Source: Minisyncoccia bacterium (GTDB lineage Bacteria; Patescibacteriota; Minisyncoccia; SW-4-49-11). From it: a DNA stretch of 64,000 bases. This document shows, piece by piece, positions 8,977 through 18,243 of the stretch. Each line of letters starts with the position of its first letter. The stretch's first letter is position 1. The stretch covers positions 28,494 through 92,493 of the forward strand of contig JBIKVS010000004.1 of assembly GCA_044356725.1 (NCBI GenBank), in the 5' to 3' direction. The notes below the pieces were generated by a model. It was not told the DNA's origin and did not search any database. It worked only from the letters and a program-made list of their open reading frames with translations. Position numbers and translations under genes: made by a program.

Positions 8977-9066
8977 TAGACAAAAGTTTCAAAATATGGT
9001 ATGTTTCTGATTGTACGGACTCTAGAGCAATTTAGAGTCAAATTTTCTCTACCCTGAGGAGGGGTT
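8977..9066 (+). promoter_or_regulatory. Cassette promoter and 5' leader, copy 1: TAGACA, 17-bp spacer, TATGTT, then a ~55-nt leader with a conserved hairpin and a GAGGAGG ribosome-binding site.
   Basis: About 90% identical to 9657-9747. A related core (TAGACAAAAGT…AAATATG.TAT.GT) appears at 15642. Confidence 0.55.
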
Positions 9067-9516
9067 ATGTCTAACTCTCAATCGGATATAGATCCATTTG
9101 AAGAAGCACAATTTTTCATTCCCAACTCATCATACTTTAGTAGATTGTATTGTTTGGATTATATACTTACAAAACTTGATAGGGAACATAGAAGAATGGC
9201 TTTAAATATTTCTGATGACTCTAAACTTGCATTTGAAGGTGCTAATATACAACCTCCTGAGTATATTTATATTAAATTCATTGAAGAGTGGGAGTTAAGT
9301 GATAGTGATGTCCTGCACTTTGATTATCAGAGAAGAGGAGGAATTATCCCCAAATGGGGTCCTGGTGAAAAGTCGAAAGAATCACTTTTGCACATTGGGG
9401 CAATTATAAGGTTAAATCTTTTATATCAAATTAGAATGATAGGGCCAATAGATCCTAGCCCAAATGACTGTGAGTGGAGAAGAGTAGGAAAGATTGAAGT
9501 GGTAAAGCAAAGTTAA
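9067..9516 (+). CDS. Hypothetical protein, cassette ORF 1 (149 aa); no family recognised.
   Basis: ORF with a strong ribosome-binding site (gaggagg, 5 nt, ATG), enclosed by the shared promoter/leader and the shared terminator. Confidence 0.55.
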   Translation: MSNSQSDIDPFEEAQFFIPNSSYFSRLYCLDYILTKLDREHRRMALNISDDSKLAFEGANIQPPEYIYIKFIEEWELSDSDVLHFDYQRRGGIIPKWGPGEKSKESLLHIGAIIRLNLLYQIRMIGPIDPSPNDCEWRRVGKIEVVKQS

Positions 9517-9531
9517 TAAGTGTTTTCATTT

Positions 9532-9557
9532 CCCCCGCGTGCGATGCGGGGGTTTTT
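9532..9557 (+). terminator. Cassette terminator, copy 1 (cccccgcgtgcgatgcggggg + TTTTT).
   Basis: Perfect 9-bp GC stem with a T-run. It is identical to the element at 10122-10147, including the downstream 'attttcgactatttat'. Confidence 0.8.
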
Positions 9558-9656
9558 ATTTTCGACTATTTATTCACTCTCTCCACCACTTCCTAAACTT
9601 AAAGTATAGGAGGAACTTAAAGCCCTACGACAAGAATAGATTATCTCTTCGCAATA

Positions 9657-9747
9657 TTGACAAAAGTTTCAAAATATGATATGTTTCTGTTTGTCCAGGC
9701 TCTAAAGTAATTTAGAGTCAAATTTTCTCTACCCTGAGGAGGGTTTT
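9657..9747 (+). promoter_or_regulatory. Cassette promoter and 5' leader, copy 2 (TTGACA, 17-bp spacer, TATGTT, conserved leader, GAGGAGG ribosome-binding site).
   Basis: Near-identical to 8977-9066. Confidence 0.55.
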
Positions 9748-10110
9748 ATGTTGAATGTTCATTCGGCTGCATCAGCTGCAGAATTTTTTGTAGTAGATAG
9801 AATAACTGGGAAAGCTAGAATATATGACTTATCTTGTAAAGAGACTAAGGAAACAAGAATATTTTGGCTTCAAACTAGTCCTCTGAAAACAGAGTATATA
9901 GTTCTATTTTGCGATGTAACTTTAGACAATGGCAGAACAATTTCAGGTGGTGGTGAAATATCTATTATAAAAGAAGAGTTTGATAAACTCGAAATTAATG
10001 ATAATGTAGAAATAGGATTTGAGATACGTCAGAATTTCGGAGAACCTAGGAAATTATACCCACTTACATTAAAGTTTATAGATAGAGAAGGAGCTCTCGA
10101 TCTTTCTTGA
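9748..10110 (+). CDS. Hypothetical protein, cassette ORF 2 (120 aa); unrelated in sequence to ORF 1.
   Basis: Same arrangement as cassette 1 (promoter-leader, ORF, terminator), but with a different ORF. Confidence 0.55.
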   Translation: MLNVHSAASAAEFFVVDRITGKARIYDLSCKETKETRIFWLQTSPLKTEYIVLFCDVTLDNGRTISGGGEISIIKEEFDKLEINDNVEIGFEIRQNFGEPRKLYPLTLKFIDREGALDLS

Positions 10111-10121
10111 TTACCCCCCCC

Positions 10122-10147
10122 CCCCCGCGTGCGATGCGGGGGTTTTT
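10122..10147 (+). terminator. Cassette terminator, copy 2.
   Basis: Same hairpin and T-run as 9532-9557, preceded by a C-homopolymer. Confidence 0.8.
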
Positions 10148-10212
10148 ATTTTCGACTATTTATCTATAATTTGGTATAATAAATATACTTCAAATTAAGA
10201 AAATATACTGTT

Positions 10213-12768
10213 ATGCCCTCGCCGATGATGACTCAGTTTTATGAAATCAAAAAATCTTATCCGAATGATATTTTGTTTTTCCGCCTTGGGGACTTTTATG
10301 AAATGTTTGCAGAGGATGCGAAGTTAGCAGCTCCAATACTGGATTTAGTGCTAACAGCAAGAAAGAATACAGTAGATGGTAGTATTCCAATGTGTGGGGT
10401 ACCTTATCATTCATCTACTCAATATATTCAAAAACTAATCAAAGCTGGACATTCCGTAGCTTTATGCGAACAACAAGGATCAGCTCAAGATACTAAAGGT
10501 TTAGTCACTAGAAAGGTGGTAAAAGTCATTACTCCGGGGACAGCCTTATTTGAGACTGAGACAAGTGAATCAAGATATATAGCTAGTATTTATAAACAGA
10601 AAGATATTATATATATCGCTTTTGCTGACTTAGGGACTGGAATTTTTGAAGTGGGGGAATTTAGTTCTCAAGAATTAAAAGATATTTTAAGTTCAAGACA
10701 AGTCAAAGAAATTATATTGCCACAAAATAGTGATTTGAGTGAAGAATTAAAAGATTTGGGTATAAAATTAAGTATAGAGTCAAAGTGGAACTTTCAATTA
10801 GAGCGGTCTATTGAGACTTTGACTAAACATTTTGGAGTTACTAGTATGTCCGGATTCGGTTTTGAAATTGATGATTTACGGTTAGCCCCAGCAGGAGCTT
10901 TACTTAATTATCTTATTTATACTCAACAAGAGGATTTGAAGCATATTACAAAATTGCAAAGCATGAAGTTATCTCGATATATGCGATTAGATGCCCAAAC
11001 CATTCAAAATTTAGAGTTGTTTTATCTATCAAGAGCTAGTCAAAAGGGAAAAAGTTTTTATCAAGCTATTAATTATACTAGAAATCCTCTGGGATCTAGA
11101 ATGTTGAAAAACTGGATATTAGCTCCATTATTAGATATTAAGTCAATTCAAACTCGTCAGAATCATATACAAAATTATATTCAAAACCCTAGTAAAATTG
11201 ACCAAATTAGAGATTTATTAGCTCAAATTGCTGATATTGAGAGACTATTAGCTAGACTTTCTAGTAATGTCGGCGGACCTAGAGATATGTTATTATTATC
11301 CAAAAGTTTTGAATATATTATTAAAGTTTTAGAGATTGATAATGAGGATTATATAAAGTCTGCTATAAAGGCTTTGAGTCAATTAAACCCTCTACAACAA
11401 GAATTGCAAAAAGCTCTACAAGAAAATGTTCCAATATTAGCTCGGGATGGTGGATTCGTGGCCAAAGGTTATAGAGCAGAAATTGATGAGTTACTAGATT
11501 TAAGTCAAGGAGGTAAGGAGTGGCTACTAGAATTACAAACCAAAGAACAAGCGAGAACCGGGATTAATTCTCTTAAAGTTAAGTATAATAAGGTCTTTGG
11601 ATATTATATAGAAATTAGCAATGCTCATAAGAATCAGGTTTTACCAGACAATTATATCAAAAAGCAAACTTTAGCTAATGCAGAGCGATATATTACTCCT
11701 GAATTAAAAGAATTTGAGGAAAAGATATTAAGTTCAGAGTCTCAACTATTAAATTTAGAACAAATAGTTTTTGAAGAATTAAGACAAGCTATTATAGCCG
11801 AGGCGGAACAAATTTATACTATTGCTGAGACTTTAGCCTATATTGATTGTATACAAGCTGGGGCCAAATTAGCCCTAGATTGGAATTATATAAAGCCTAT
11901 AATTACTAAAAAATCTAAATTATATATAGAGGCCGGCCGACATCCAGTTTTGGAGCAGTTAATTACAGATTATATACCTAATAATTGTAAACTCACCGAA
12001 CCAAATCACTCTCTAATGTTAATTACAGGTCCTAATATGGGAGGTAAATCTACTTATATTAGGCAAGTAGCTTTGATTGTGCTTCTAGCTCAAATTGGAT
12101 ACTATGTCCCAGCTATTGAGGCTGAGATTGGAATAGTGGATAGAATTTTTACTCGAGTAGGAGCTTCGGATAATATGAGTGAGGGACAAAGTACTTTTAT
12201 GGTGGAAATGCTTGAAGTTGCAAATATTTTGCATAATGCTACCAAATCTAGTTTGGTTATTTTAGATGAAGTCGGTAGAGGCACTTCTACTTATGATGGG
12301 ATGAGTATAGCCAAGGCTTTGATTGAATATATTCATAATACAATTGGAGCTAGAACTCTATTTGCGACTCATTATCACGAATTATTAAATTTGGAAGCAG
12401 AATTAGAGGGAGTGGTGAATTATCAGGTTTTAATTCAAGACTCTGAGGATGATATTATTTTCCTACATCGTATTGAACAAGGTGGAGCTGATAAAAGCTA
12501 TGGAATTGCCATTGCTAAATTAGCAGGATTTCCAATAGATGTGCTAGAATTAGCTAAAGGAGCACTTATTCAATATGAACAAAAAAAGTCTCAATTATCT
12601 TTTTTACCAACAAATAATCTAAAATCGCCTCAAGATCCAGCAATAAACCCAAAAATTGAGAAATACAATAATTTATTACAAAATCTGCACTCTTATAATT
12701 TGAATAATTTAACTCCGATGCAGGCATTATCTATATTAGATGACTTACAAAAGAATAATCCACTATGA
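10213..12768 (+). CDS. mutS: DNA mismatch repair protein MutS.
   Basis: N-terminal mismatch-binding region MTQFYEIKKSYPNDILFFRLGDFYEMF, Walker A GPNMGGKST, and ATPase region STFMVEMLE…DEVGRGTSTYDG; 851 aa. Confidence 0.95.
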   Translation: MPSPMMTQFYEIKKSYPNDILFFRLGDFYEMFAEDAKLAAPILDLVLTARKNTVDGSIPMCGVPYHSSTQYIQKLIKAGHSVALCEQQGSAQDTKGLVTRKVVKVITPGTALFETETSESRYIASIYKQKDIIYIAFADLGTGIFEVGEFSSQELKDILSSRQVKEIILPQNSDLSEELKDLGIKLSIESKWNFQLERSIETLTKHFGVTSMSGFGFEIDDLRLAPAGALLNYLIYTQQEDLKHITKLQSMKLSRYMRLDAQTIQNLELFYLSRASQKGKSFYQAINYTRNPLGSRMLKNWILAPLLDIKSIQTRQNHIQNYIQNPSKIDQIRDLLAQIADIERLLARLSSNVGGPRDMLLLSKSFEYIIKVLEIDNEDYIKSAIKALSQLNPLQQELQKALQENVPILARDGGFVAKGYRAEIDELLDLSQGGKEWLLELQTKEQARTGINSLKVKYNKVFGYYIEISNAHKNQVLPDNYIKKQTLANAERYITPELKEFEEKILSSESQLLNLEQIVFEELRQAIIAEAEQIYTIAETLAYIDCIQAGAKLALDWNYIKPIITKKSKLYIEAGRHPVLEQLITDYIPNNCKLTEPNHSLMLITGPNMGGKSTYIRQVALIVLLAQIGYYVPAIEAEIGIVDRIFTRVGASDNMSEGQSTFMVEMLEVANILHNATKSSLVILDEVGRGTSTYDGMSIAKALIEYIHNTIGARTLFATHYHELLNLEAELEGVVNYQVLIQDSEDDIIFLHRIEQGGADKSYGIAIAKLAGFPIDVLELAKGALIQYEQKKSQLSFLPTNNLKSPQDPAINPKIEKYNNLLQNLHSYNLNNLTPMQALSILDDLQKNNPL

Positions 12769-14540
12769 TACAATTATTACCCAAGAATATTATCAATCAA
12801 ATTGCTGCCGGTGAAGTAGTCGAGAGACCAGCCTCTATTGTCAAAGAATTATTAGAAAATTCTATAGATGCCGGCGCTACTGAAATTAAAATTGAAATTC
12901 TAGATGCTGGATTAACCGAAATATCAATTCAAGACAATGGTTCTGGGATTGATAAGGCTGATTTTGAAAATTTATTCAAAAGGCATGCTACCAGTAAAAT
13001 CGAGAAAATTGAGGACTTACATAGCTTGTCTACTATGGGTTTTCGAGGAGAGGCTTTATCTAGTATTCAAGCCGTAGCTCAGGTAGAACTTATCACTAAG
13101 ACTGAATCAGATAAGACAGGTTATTATTATAATCCCCATACTACTGAAATTAAAGCAATAGCTAAGTCTAATACAGGGACAACTATCACTATTAGAAATC
13201 TATTCTATAATGTGCCTGCCCGTAAAAAATTCCTCAAAAGCAATACCACCGAACTCTCACATATTACCAAAATTATTGAAGAAATTGCTCTAGTAAATCC
13301 AGATATAGCTTTTATTTATAAATCTCAAAATAGAGAACTTATCAATGTTAAGACAAGTGATTTATTAACCAGAACAGTGAACATACTCAAAGTCCAAGAG
13401 CCAGATTATTTATTATTAGTCGATTCTCAAAAGCATAATATCAAGGCTATCGGGTATATTGGACATCCTAGAATTTCTAAAAAATCACCCCAATATCATA
13501 TTTTTATCAATAATCGCCCGGTTATACAGCCTCTCATCAATAAAGCTATTCAACAAGGTTTTGACACTATGCTAGAAGTCGGTCATTATCCTTTTGCTTT
13601 TGTGTCTATTTTTATCCCGCCACAAGAACTCGATGTTAATGTACATCCAAGAAAAACCGAAGTCAAATTCACTGACGATAGAGCTATATTTCAAAGTATC
13701 AAATATTTAATCAGAGACACCTTACAGCAGTCGGCTTTTGAAGTTATTTTAAAACCACAAAACAGTAAACAAGAGACATCTCAAATTAGTCCAAGTTTTA
13801 ATAGCAATAACCCTAAAAACTATAATTTTAAGCCATATAATCAGACTTATAATAGCAACACTAAATCTACAATAGCGGAACCCAATTTTGCTCAATATAC
13901 TCCTAAACAAATCCTAAAAGCTCAATATAACTTCCACAACATACAGCCAAATTTCAGGGAATTATTAGAAGCTGAGACTGAAAAACCTAATTTTCTACAT
14001 ATTTTTGACACCTATGTAGTATATCCTAATCAAAAAGGGATAATGATTTTAGACCAACATGCTGTACATGAGAAAGTGATTTTAGAGCAATTAATAAATC
14101 AAGCAGATACGGTTAAATCACAACCTTTATTATTTCCATTAGCTATCAGTGTACCACAATCACAAAAAGATTTTACAATAGAGGTATTAACTCAACTCCC
14201 AGGTTTCGAAGCAGATGATTTTGGAGCTAATGAGATTATAATAAGAGCCTTACCGACATTCTTAGCCAAAACTCAAAAGGCAGAAGAGCATATACATACC
14301 CTAATTGCTCAAATTCAAGACAGAGGTCATACTATAGAATTATCTGAATTAAGAATAGAATTATTGAAAACCATAGCTTGTAAATCGGCTATCAAAGCTG
14401 GTTATAGTATGACAAAATCAGAAATAGAGGCCTTAATAAAAGATGCAGCTAAGACTGACTTTGGATTTGCCTGCTGTCATGGGCGGCCAACTATGGTACA
14501 ATTAGATCAGGATTGGTTTGAAAAACAGTTCTCAAGATAA
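12765..14540 (+). CDS. mutL: DNA mismatch repair protein MutL.
   Basis: GHKL ATPase N-terminus IAAGEVVERPASIVKELLENSIDAGATEIKIEI. The 4-bp overlap with mutS indicates an operon. Confidence 0.9.
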   Translation: MIQLLPKNIINQIAAGEVVERPASIVKELLENSIDAGATEIKIEILDAGLTEISIQDNGSGIDKADFENLFKRHATSKIEKIEDLHSLSTMGFRGEALSSIQAVAQVELITKTESDKTGYYYNPHTTEIKAIAKSNTGTTITIRNLFYNVPARKKFLKSNTTELSHITKIIEEIALVNPDIAFIYKSQNRELINVKTSDLLTRTVNILKVQEPDYLLLVDSQKHNIKAIGYIGHPRISKKSPQYHIFINNRPVIQPLINKAIQQGFDTMLEVGHYPFAFVSIFIPPQELDVNVHPRKTEVKFTDDRAIFQSIKYLIRDTLQQSAFEVILKPQNSKQETSQISPSFNSNNPKNYNFKPYNQTYNSNTKSTIAEPNFAQYTPKQILKAQYNFHNIQPNFRELLEAETEKPNFLHIFDTYVVYPNQKGIMILDQHAVHEKVILEQLINQADTVKSQPLLFPLAISVPQSQKDFTIEVLTQLPGFEADDFGANEIIIRALPTFLAKTQKAEEHIHTLIAQIQDRGHTIELSELRIELLKTIACKSAIKAGYSMTKSEIEALIKDAAKTDFGFACCHGRPTMVQLDQDWFEKQFSR

Positions 14541-15486
14541 TATAAAATATATGCAGAATCAAAAAACAGTATTAATAGAAGTCGGTATAAGTGCTTTACT
14601 TTGGATCACTATTGTGATGATATTAAATTCAGTACTTGGCAGTATACCCACTCTATTAGGAGGTATATTGGCAGGACTTTTAGGGATAATATATATTTCA
14701 ACACTATCATTATATGTCTGTATTGAAGATACTCCGAAGCATATTGTACAATTTATACTTTTACAAATTTTACCATTAATTTTTATAGGTCTTTGGTTTG
14801 ACCTAATGACAGCCTTAATTATAGTATTTACATTAATCCTAGGGATACAAACATTATTCAAGACTATTAAAGATATGAATGAAAGTGCCAGTGACCATAT
14901 CAGATTTAGGGTAAAGACTATCGTGCTACCACATACCAAAAGGATGATTATATGGTTAATGCTCTTAACCTCAGTCTTTATCTACGGGAACACTATTAGA
15001 ACCAATCCTAATGGTATTTTGCTCGAAGAATCTTTTGTAGGCAATCAAATTCAAGCCTGGCTTCCTATTGTTCAAGAAATTGCTCCAGACTTTGACCCTA
15101 ATATCTCAGTTGGAAATTATGTCTCCGAGCAATTAGACTCCCAGATAGAATCTCAAAATCTAGATACAAGGCTAATTAATAGAGATACAGCTATTCAAAA
15201 TCAAATCAGCACTCTATCCAATAGATTCCAAATCCCTATTAATCGAGACACCCCAATCATTCAAGCTTTTATCACTTATATTAATAAATTTATTTCTCCT
15301 TGGATGAGTGGTCCACTTTGGGGAATTATAGTCTCCTTGATAGTATTTTTGACCTTTTTACCATTTGTGTGGGTATTCCAAATAGGAATTAGACTTATTA
15401 CAAATTTGATAAAATATTGGAGCATTAAAACTAATTTAGTTAAATTGAATGTTAAAAGCACTGAGAAAGAGAGATTGAGGTTGTAG
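14518..15486 (+). CDS. Hypothetical polytopic membrane protein; the start is uncertain (14518 or the internal Met at 14551).
   Basis: Long ORF with several hydrophobic helices; no recognisable family. Confidence 0.4.
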   Translation: MKNSSQDNIKYMQNQKTVLIEVGISALLWITIVMILNSVLGSIPTLLGGILAGLLGIIYISTLSLYVCIEDTPKHIVQFILLQILPLIFIGLWFDLMTALIIVFTLILGIQTLFKTIKDMNESASDHIRFRVKTIVLPHTKRMIIWLMLLTSVFIYGNTIRTNPNGILLEESFVGNQIQAWLPIVQEIAPDFDPNISVGNYVSEQLDSQIESQNLDTRLINRDTAIQNQISTLSNRFQIPINRDTPIIQAFITYINKFISPWMSGPLWGIIVSLIVFLTFLPFVWVFQIGIRLITNLIKYWSIKTNLVKLNVKSTEKERLRL

Positions 15487-15641
15487 TTAGTGAATTGAAT
15501 TAAAATTCCCCTCTCTTCCTACGGTTTACCTACCGCAGGCAGGGAGATAAATTGAGGGGTGCCCATAGGGCAAGGTGGAAAAACCAGGCGACTGAAAGGT
15601 CGCCCCTACGAGAACTATGAACTAAAATGAGGAATATATTA

Positions 15642-15697
15642 TAGACAAAAGTGGGGAAATATGCTATTGTCTAGGAGTTCCCTCAAACCATCAGGCT
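15642..15697 (+). promoter_or_regulatory. Third copy of the cassette-type promoter core (TAGACA, 17-bp spacer, TATTGT), driving a GC-rich small ORF.
   Basis: 'atagacaaaagtggggaaatatgctattgt' parallels 'atagacaaaagtttcaaaatatggtatgtt' at 8975. Confidence 0.4.
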
Positions 15698-15988
15698 ATG
15701 ACCATGTCACAAACTGATAAAGATAGAGCTTTGCAAGAGGCAAGAGGTGCCTACCAGGATTCTGACGGAGCTCTCGTGGCTCTTGCTGCTGCTGCCAAAG
15801 AGTATCAGGACATTTTTGCCCTTACCAGGCACCCCAACTTTAAGGATAGTGTCATGACAGGAGAGGTTTTCGCTGATCTGACCCAGGCTAGGCGAAAAAT
15901 GAAGGAGGCTTTTGATGAAGTCTCTCGCACAGAAACAGCTCTTTTTAAGCAAGTTGCTAGTCTTCTTGCACCGGCATCGGGTGATTGA
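15698..15988 (+). CDS. Hypothetical 96-aa Ala/Glu-rich protein; its GC-rich composition looks foreign to this genome.
   Basis: ORF with visibly higher GC than its surroundings, so antisense ORFs also stay open across it. It is followed by a C-rich hairpin plus T8 terminator at 16005-16048. Confidence 0.4.
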   Translation: MTMSQTDKDRALQEARGAYQDSDGALVALAAAAKEYQDIFALTRHPNFKDSVMTGEVFADLTQARRKMKEAFDEVSRTETALFKQVASLLAPASGD

Positions 15989-16004
15989 ATCAATCTTCAC
16001 CTCC

Positions 16005-16048
16005 ACGCCCTCCCCCCCGACCGTTTCGCGGCTCGGGTTTTTTTTACA
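16005..16048 (+). terminator. Rho-independent terminator (GC hairpin plus T8) after the GC-rich small ORF.
   Basis: 'cccgaccgtttcgcggctcggg' followed by 'tttttttt'. Confidence 0.55.
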
Positions 16049-16054
16049 TCAAAA

Positions 16055-16080
16055 TAGCACTCTGTACAGATTAGTGCTAA
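16055..16080 (+). promoter_or_regulatory. CIRCE-like HrcA operator (TAGCACTC-N9-TAGTGCTAA) upstream of dnaJ. A promoter -10 (TGTATAAT) lies at about 16083-16092.
   Basis: Near-perfect match to the CIRCE consensus TTAGCACTC-N9-GAGTGCTAA, with a 9-nt spacer. Confidence 0.6.
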
Positions 16081-16124
16081 TATTGTATAATATTTGGTAT
16101 AAAACAATTTTAGATATCAAGTCA

Positions 16125-17228
16125 ATGGCAAAAGATTATTATCAAATACTAGGAGTGTCCAAAGATGCTAATGAGGCGGAGATCAAAAAGGCCTATCGTA
16201 AATTAGCTCATCAATATCACCCAGATAAAAAAGGAGGAGATGAAGCTAAGTTCAAAGAAATTAATGAGGCTTATCAGACTCTGAGTGATCCTCAAAAACG
16301 ACAACAATATAATCAATTTGGGTCTAATTATCAGCAAGCAGGTGGAGGTGCTGGAGGTTTCTCTGGATTTAGTGGAGGACAGGGATTTTCTTTTGACGAT
16401 ATTTTTGGGCAGAGTGGATTTTCTTTTGGAGGAGGAGGTTTTGAGGATGTTTTCTCAGATGTTTTTGGTGGTGGAAGCTCAAGAGGTGGTTCTAGAAGGC
16501 AGTCAAGAGGTAGGGATATTGAGCTTGCCGTAGATATAACTTTAGAAGAAGCTTATGCGGGAATATCTAAAACTATAGATTTAGAACTTAATTCTACTTG
16601 TGATGTTTGTGATGGAACTGGTGCTCAGAATAAAACCACCAAACAATGTCCCACTTGTAATGGGAATGGTTATATAGATCAGCAAGTCAGAACTATGCTC
16701 GGGACATTTAATCAAAGAGCCACTTGTGGCACTTGTCAGGGACGTGGTGTAATTCCAGAATCTAATTGTAAAGCTTGTCAAGGAACAGGTGTCAAGCGAC
16801 AGAAGAAATCTATCAAAATTGAGATTCCAAAAGGAATTGCTAATGGCCAAACTTTAGAAATGCGAGGAGAAGGAGAAGCAGCCCCATTTGGTGGAGCTAA
16901 TGGAAATATATATATTCATATCAAAGTCAAGCCACATAAAAGATTTGAAAGACGAGGTGATGATATTCATTTAACTCAAGATATAGTCTATACCACAGCT
17001 GTATTAGGTGGAAATGTAGACATAGACACTTTAGCTGGAGAATTAAATTTAAAAATTCCAAAACATACCCAATCAGGAGAAATATTCAGACTTCGAGAAA
17101 AAGGTATGCCTCATTTACAAGGTAGAGGCTATGGAGATATGTATGTCACAGTCAGAATTACCACCCCAAAGCATATTTCTCGCCGAGCTCAGCAATTACT
17201 AAAAGATTTGCAATTTGAAGGAATGTGA
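16125..17228 (+). CDS. dnaJ: Molecular chaperone DnaJ.
   Basis: J-domain MAKDYYQILGVSKDANEAEIKKAYRKLAHQYHPDK, a Gly/Phe-rich linker, and four CxxCxGxG zinc-finger repeats. The start is taken at MAKDYY; the ORF-track start at 15912 is an upstream read-through. Confidence 0.95.
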   Translation: MAKDYYQILGVSKDANEAEIKKAYRKLAHQYHPDKKGGDEAKFKEINEAYQTLSDPQKRQQYNQFGSNYQQAGGGAGGFSGFSGGQGFSFDDIFGQSGFSFGGGGFEDVFSDVFGGGSSRGGSRRQSRGRDIELAVDITLEEAYAGISKTIDLELNSTCDVCDGTGAQNKTTKQCPTCNGNGYIDQQVRTMLGTFNQRATCGTCQGRGVIPESNCKACQGTGVKRQKKSIKIEIPKGIANGQTLEMRGEGEAAPFGGANGNIYIHIKVKPHKRFERRGDDIHLTQDIVYTTAVLGGNVDIDTLAGELNLKIPKHTQSGEIFRLREKGMPHLQGRGYGDMYVTVRITTPKHISRRAQQLLKDLQFEGM

Positions 17229-17262
17229 TATAATATAAAAATATAGTTTTAAATATAAAAAT

Positions 17263-17784
17263 ATGGATGCATTAGAACCTCTATTTGGCAAAGTAACTCC
17301 TAGCTCAATTTCGGGAGACTTATTTATTAGTATAGTTTTAATTTTAGGCTTATCTTTTTATATTTATAAAAAAGGAGTAAAAGATATCTTTATTCTAGCC
17401 ATTGCTTTGTATATTGCCCAAGTTTTATCCACCGTTTATCCCTGGGAGATTTCTAATATAGGAAGTTTTCCAGGAGACGGGGCATTGTTTTTAGTATTAA
17501 CTTTGATTATAAACTGGGCATTACAAAGCTCAGCCATAGCCTCCAACCTCAGCATTGCCAAAAAACCACTGTGGCGAAATTTATTGTTCGGAGTCTCAGT
17601 AGTTGGATTATTATTAGTCAATGTCTTAAGTGTGATCAAAACTCAAGATAAATCAGTTCTAAACATTATTGAACAATCTTTATTCAGTAAAGAATCATTT
17701 CAAATTTTTTGGACTATTTCTCCATTATTATTTTTCCCATTTCTTAAAGCTACAGCTAAAAAGTCTAGCTCCAAATCCAAATGA
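17263..17784 (+). CDS. Hypothetical membrane protein.
   Basis: Four or five hydrophobic segments; no clear family. Confidence 0.4.
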   Translation: MDALEPLFGKVTPSSISGDLFISIVLILGLSFYIYKKGVKDIFILAIALYIAQVLSTVYPWEISNIGSFPGDGALFLVLTLIINWALQSSAIASNLSIAKKPLWRNLLFGVSVVGLLLVNVLSVIKTQDKSVLNIIEQSLFSKESFQIFWTISPLLFFPFLKATAKKSSSKSK

Positions 17785-18233
17785 AATGCCCACAATGTTC
17801 CAATATAGATACTAGAATTACTGACTCCAGATTGTCTCGGGATGATATGATAGTCAGACGAAGACGAATTTGTGAAAAATGCCAGTATAGATTTACCACC
17901 GCTGAGACCAGAGAAGTCTTAGATGTGATGGTAGTAAAAAAATCTGGCATTAAAGAGAGATATAGCACAGATAAATTGCTAAAGGCCGTATCTATATCAT
18001 TACACAAAAGACCATTTACTCAAGATAAAATTAGAGATTTTATAATAAAACTAGAAGTAGATTTATTCAAAAAAGATCCAAAAGAAATCTCTACCAAGCA
18101 AATTGGAGACACAGTATTAAAGCATCTTAAAGTTTTTGACGAAGTAGCCTATATTAGATTTGCTTCTATTTATCGCGACTTTAGAACTATCAAAGGATTT
18201 AGACACGAAATAGACAAATTATCACAAGATTAA
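17781..18233 (+). CDS. nrdR: Transcriptional repressor NrdR.
   Basis: MKCPQCSNIDTRITDSRLSRDDMIVRRRRICEKCQYRFTTAE zinc ribbon followed by an ATP-cone (ERYSTDKLLKAVSISL); about 150 aa. Confidence 0.9.
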   Translation: MKCPQCSNIDTRITDSRLSRDDMIVRRRRICEKCQYRFTTAETREVLDVMVVKKSGIKERYSTDKLLKAVSISLHKRPFTQDKIRDFIIKLEVDLFKKDPKEISTKQIGDTVLKHLKVFDEVAYIRFASIYRDFRTIKGFRHEIDKLSQD

Positions 18234-18243
18234 ATTAATCAAT

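Noticed and set aside
15707-16006. Antisense ORFs of 99 and 62 aa opposite the 96-aa GC-rich ORF.
   Set aside because: They are a consequence of local high GC. The plus-strand ORF has the promoter, the ATG context and a terminator.
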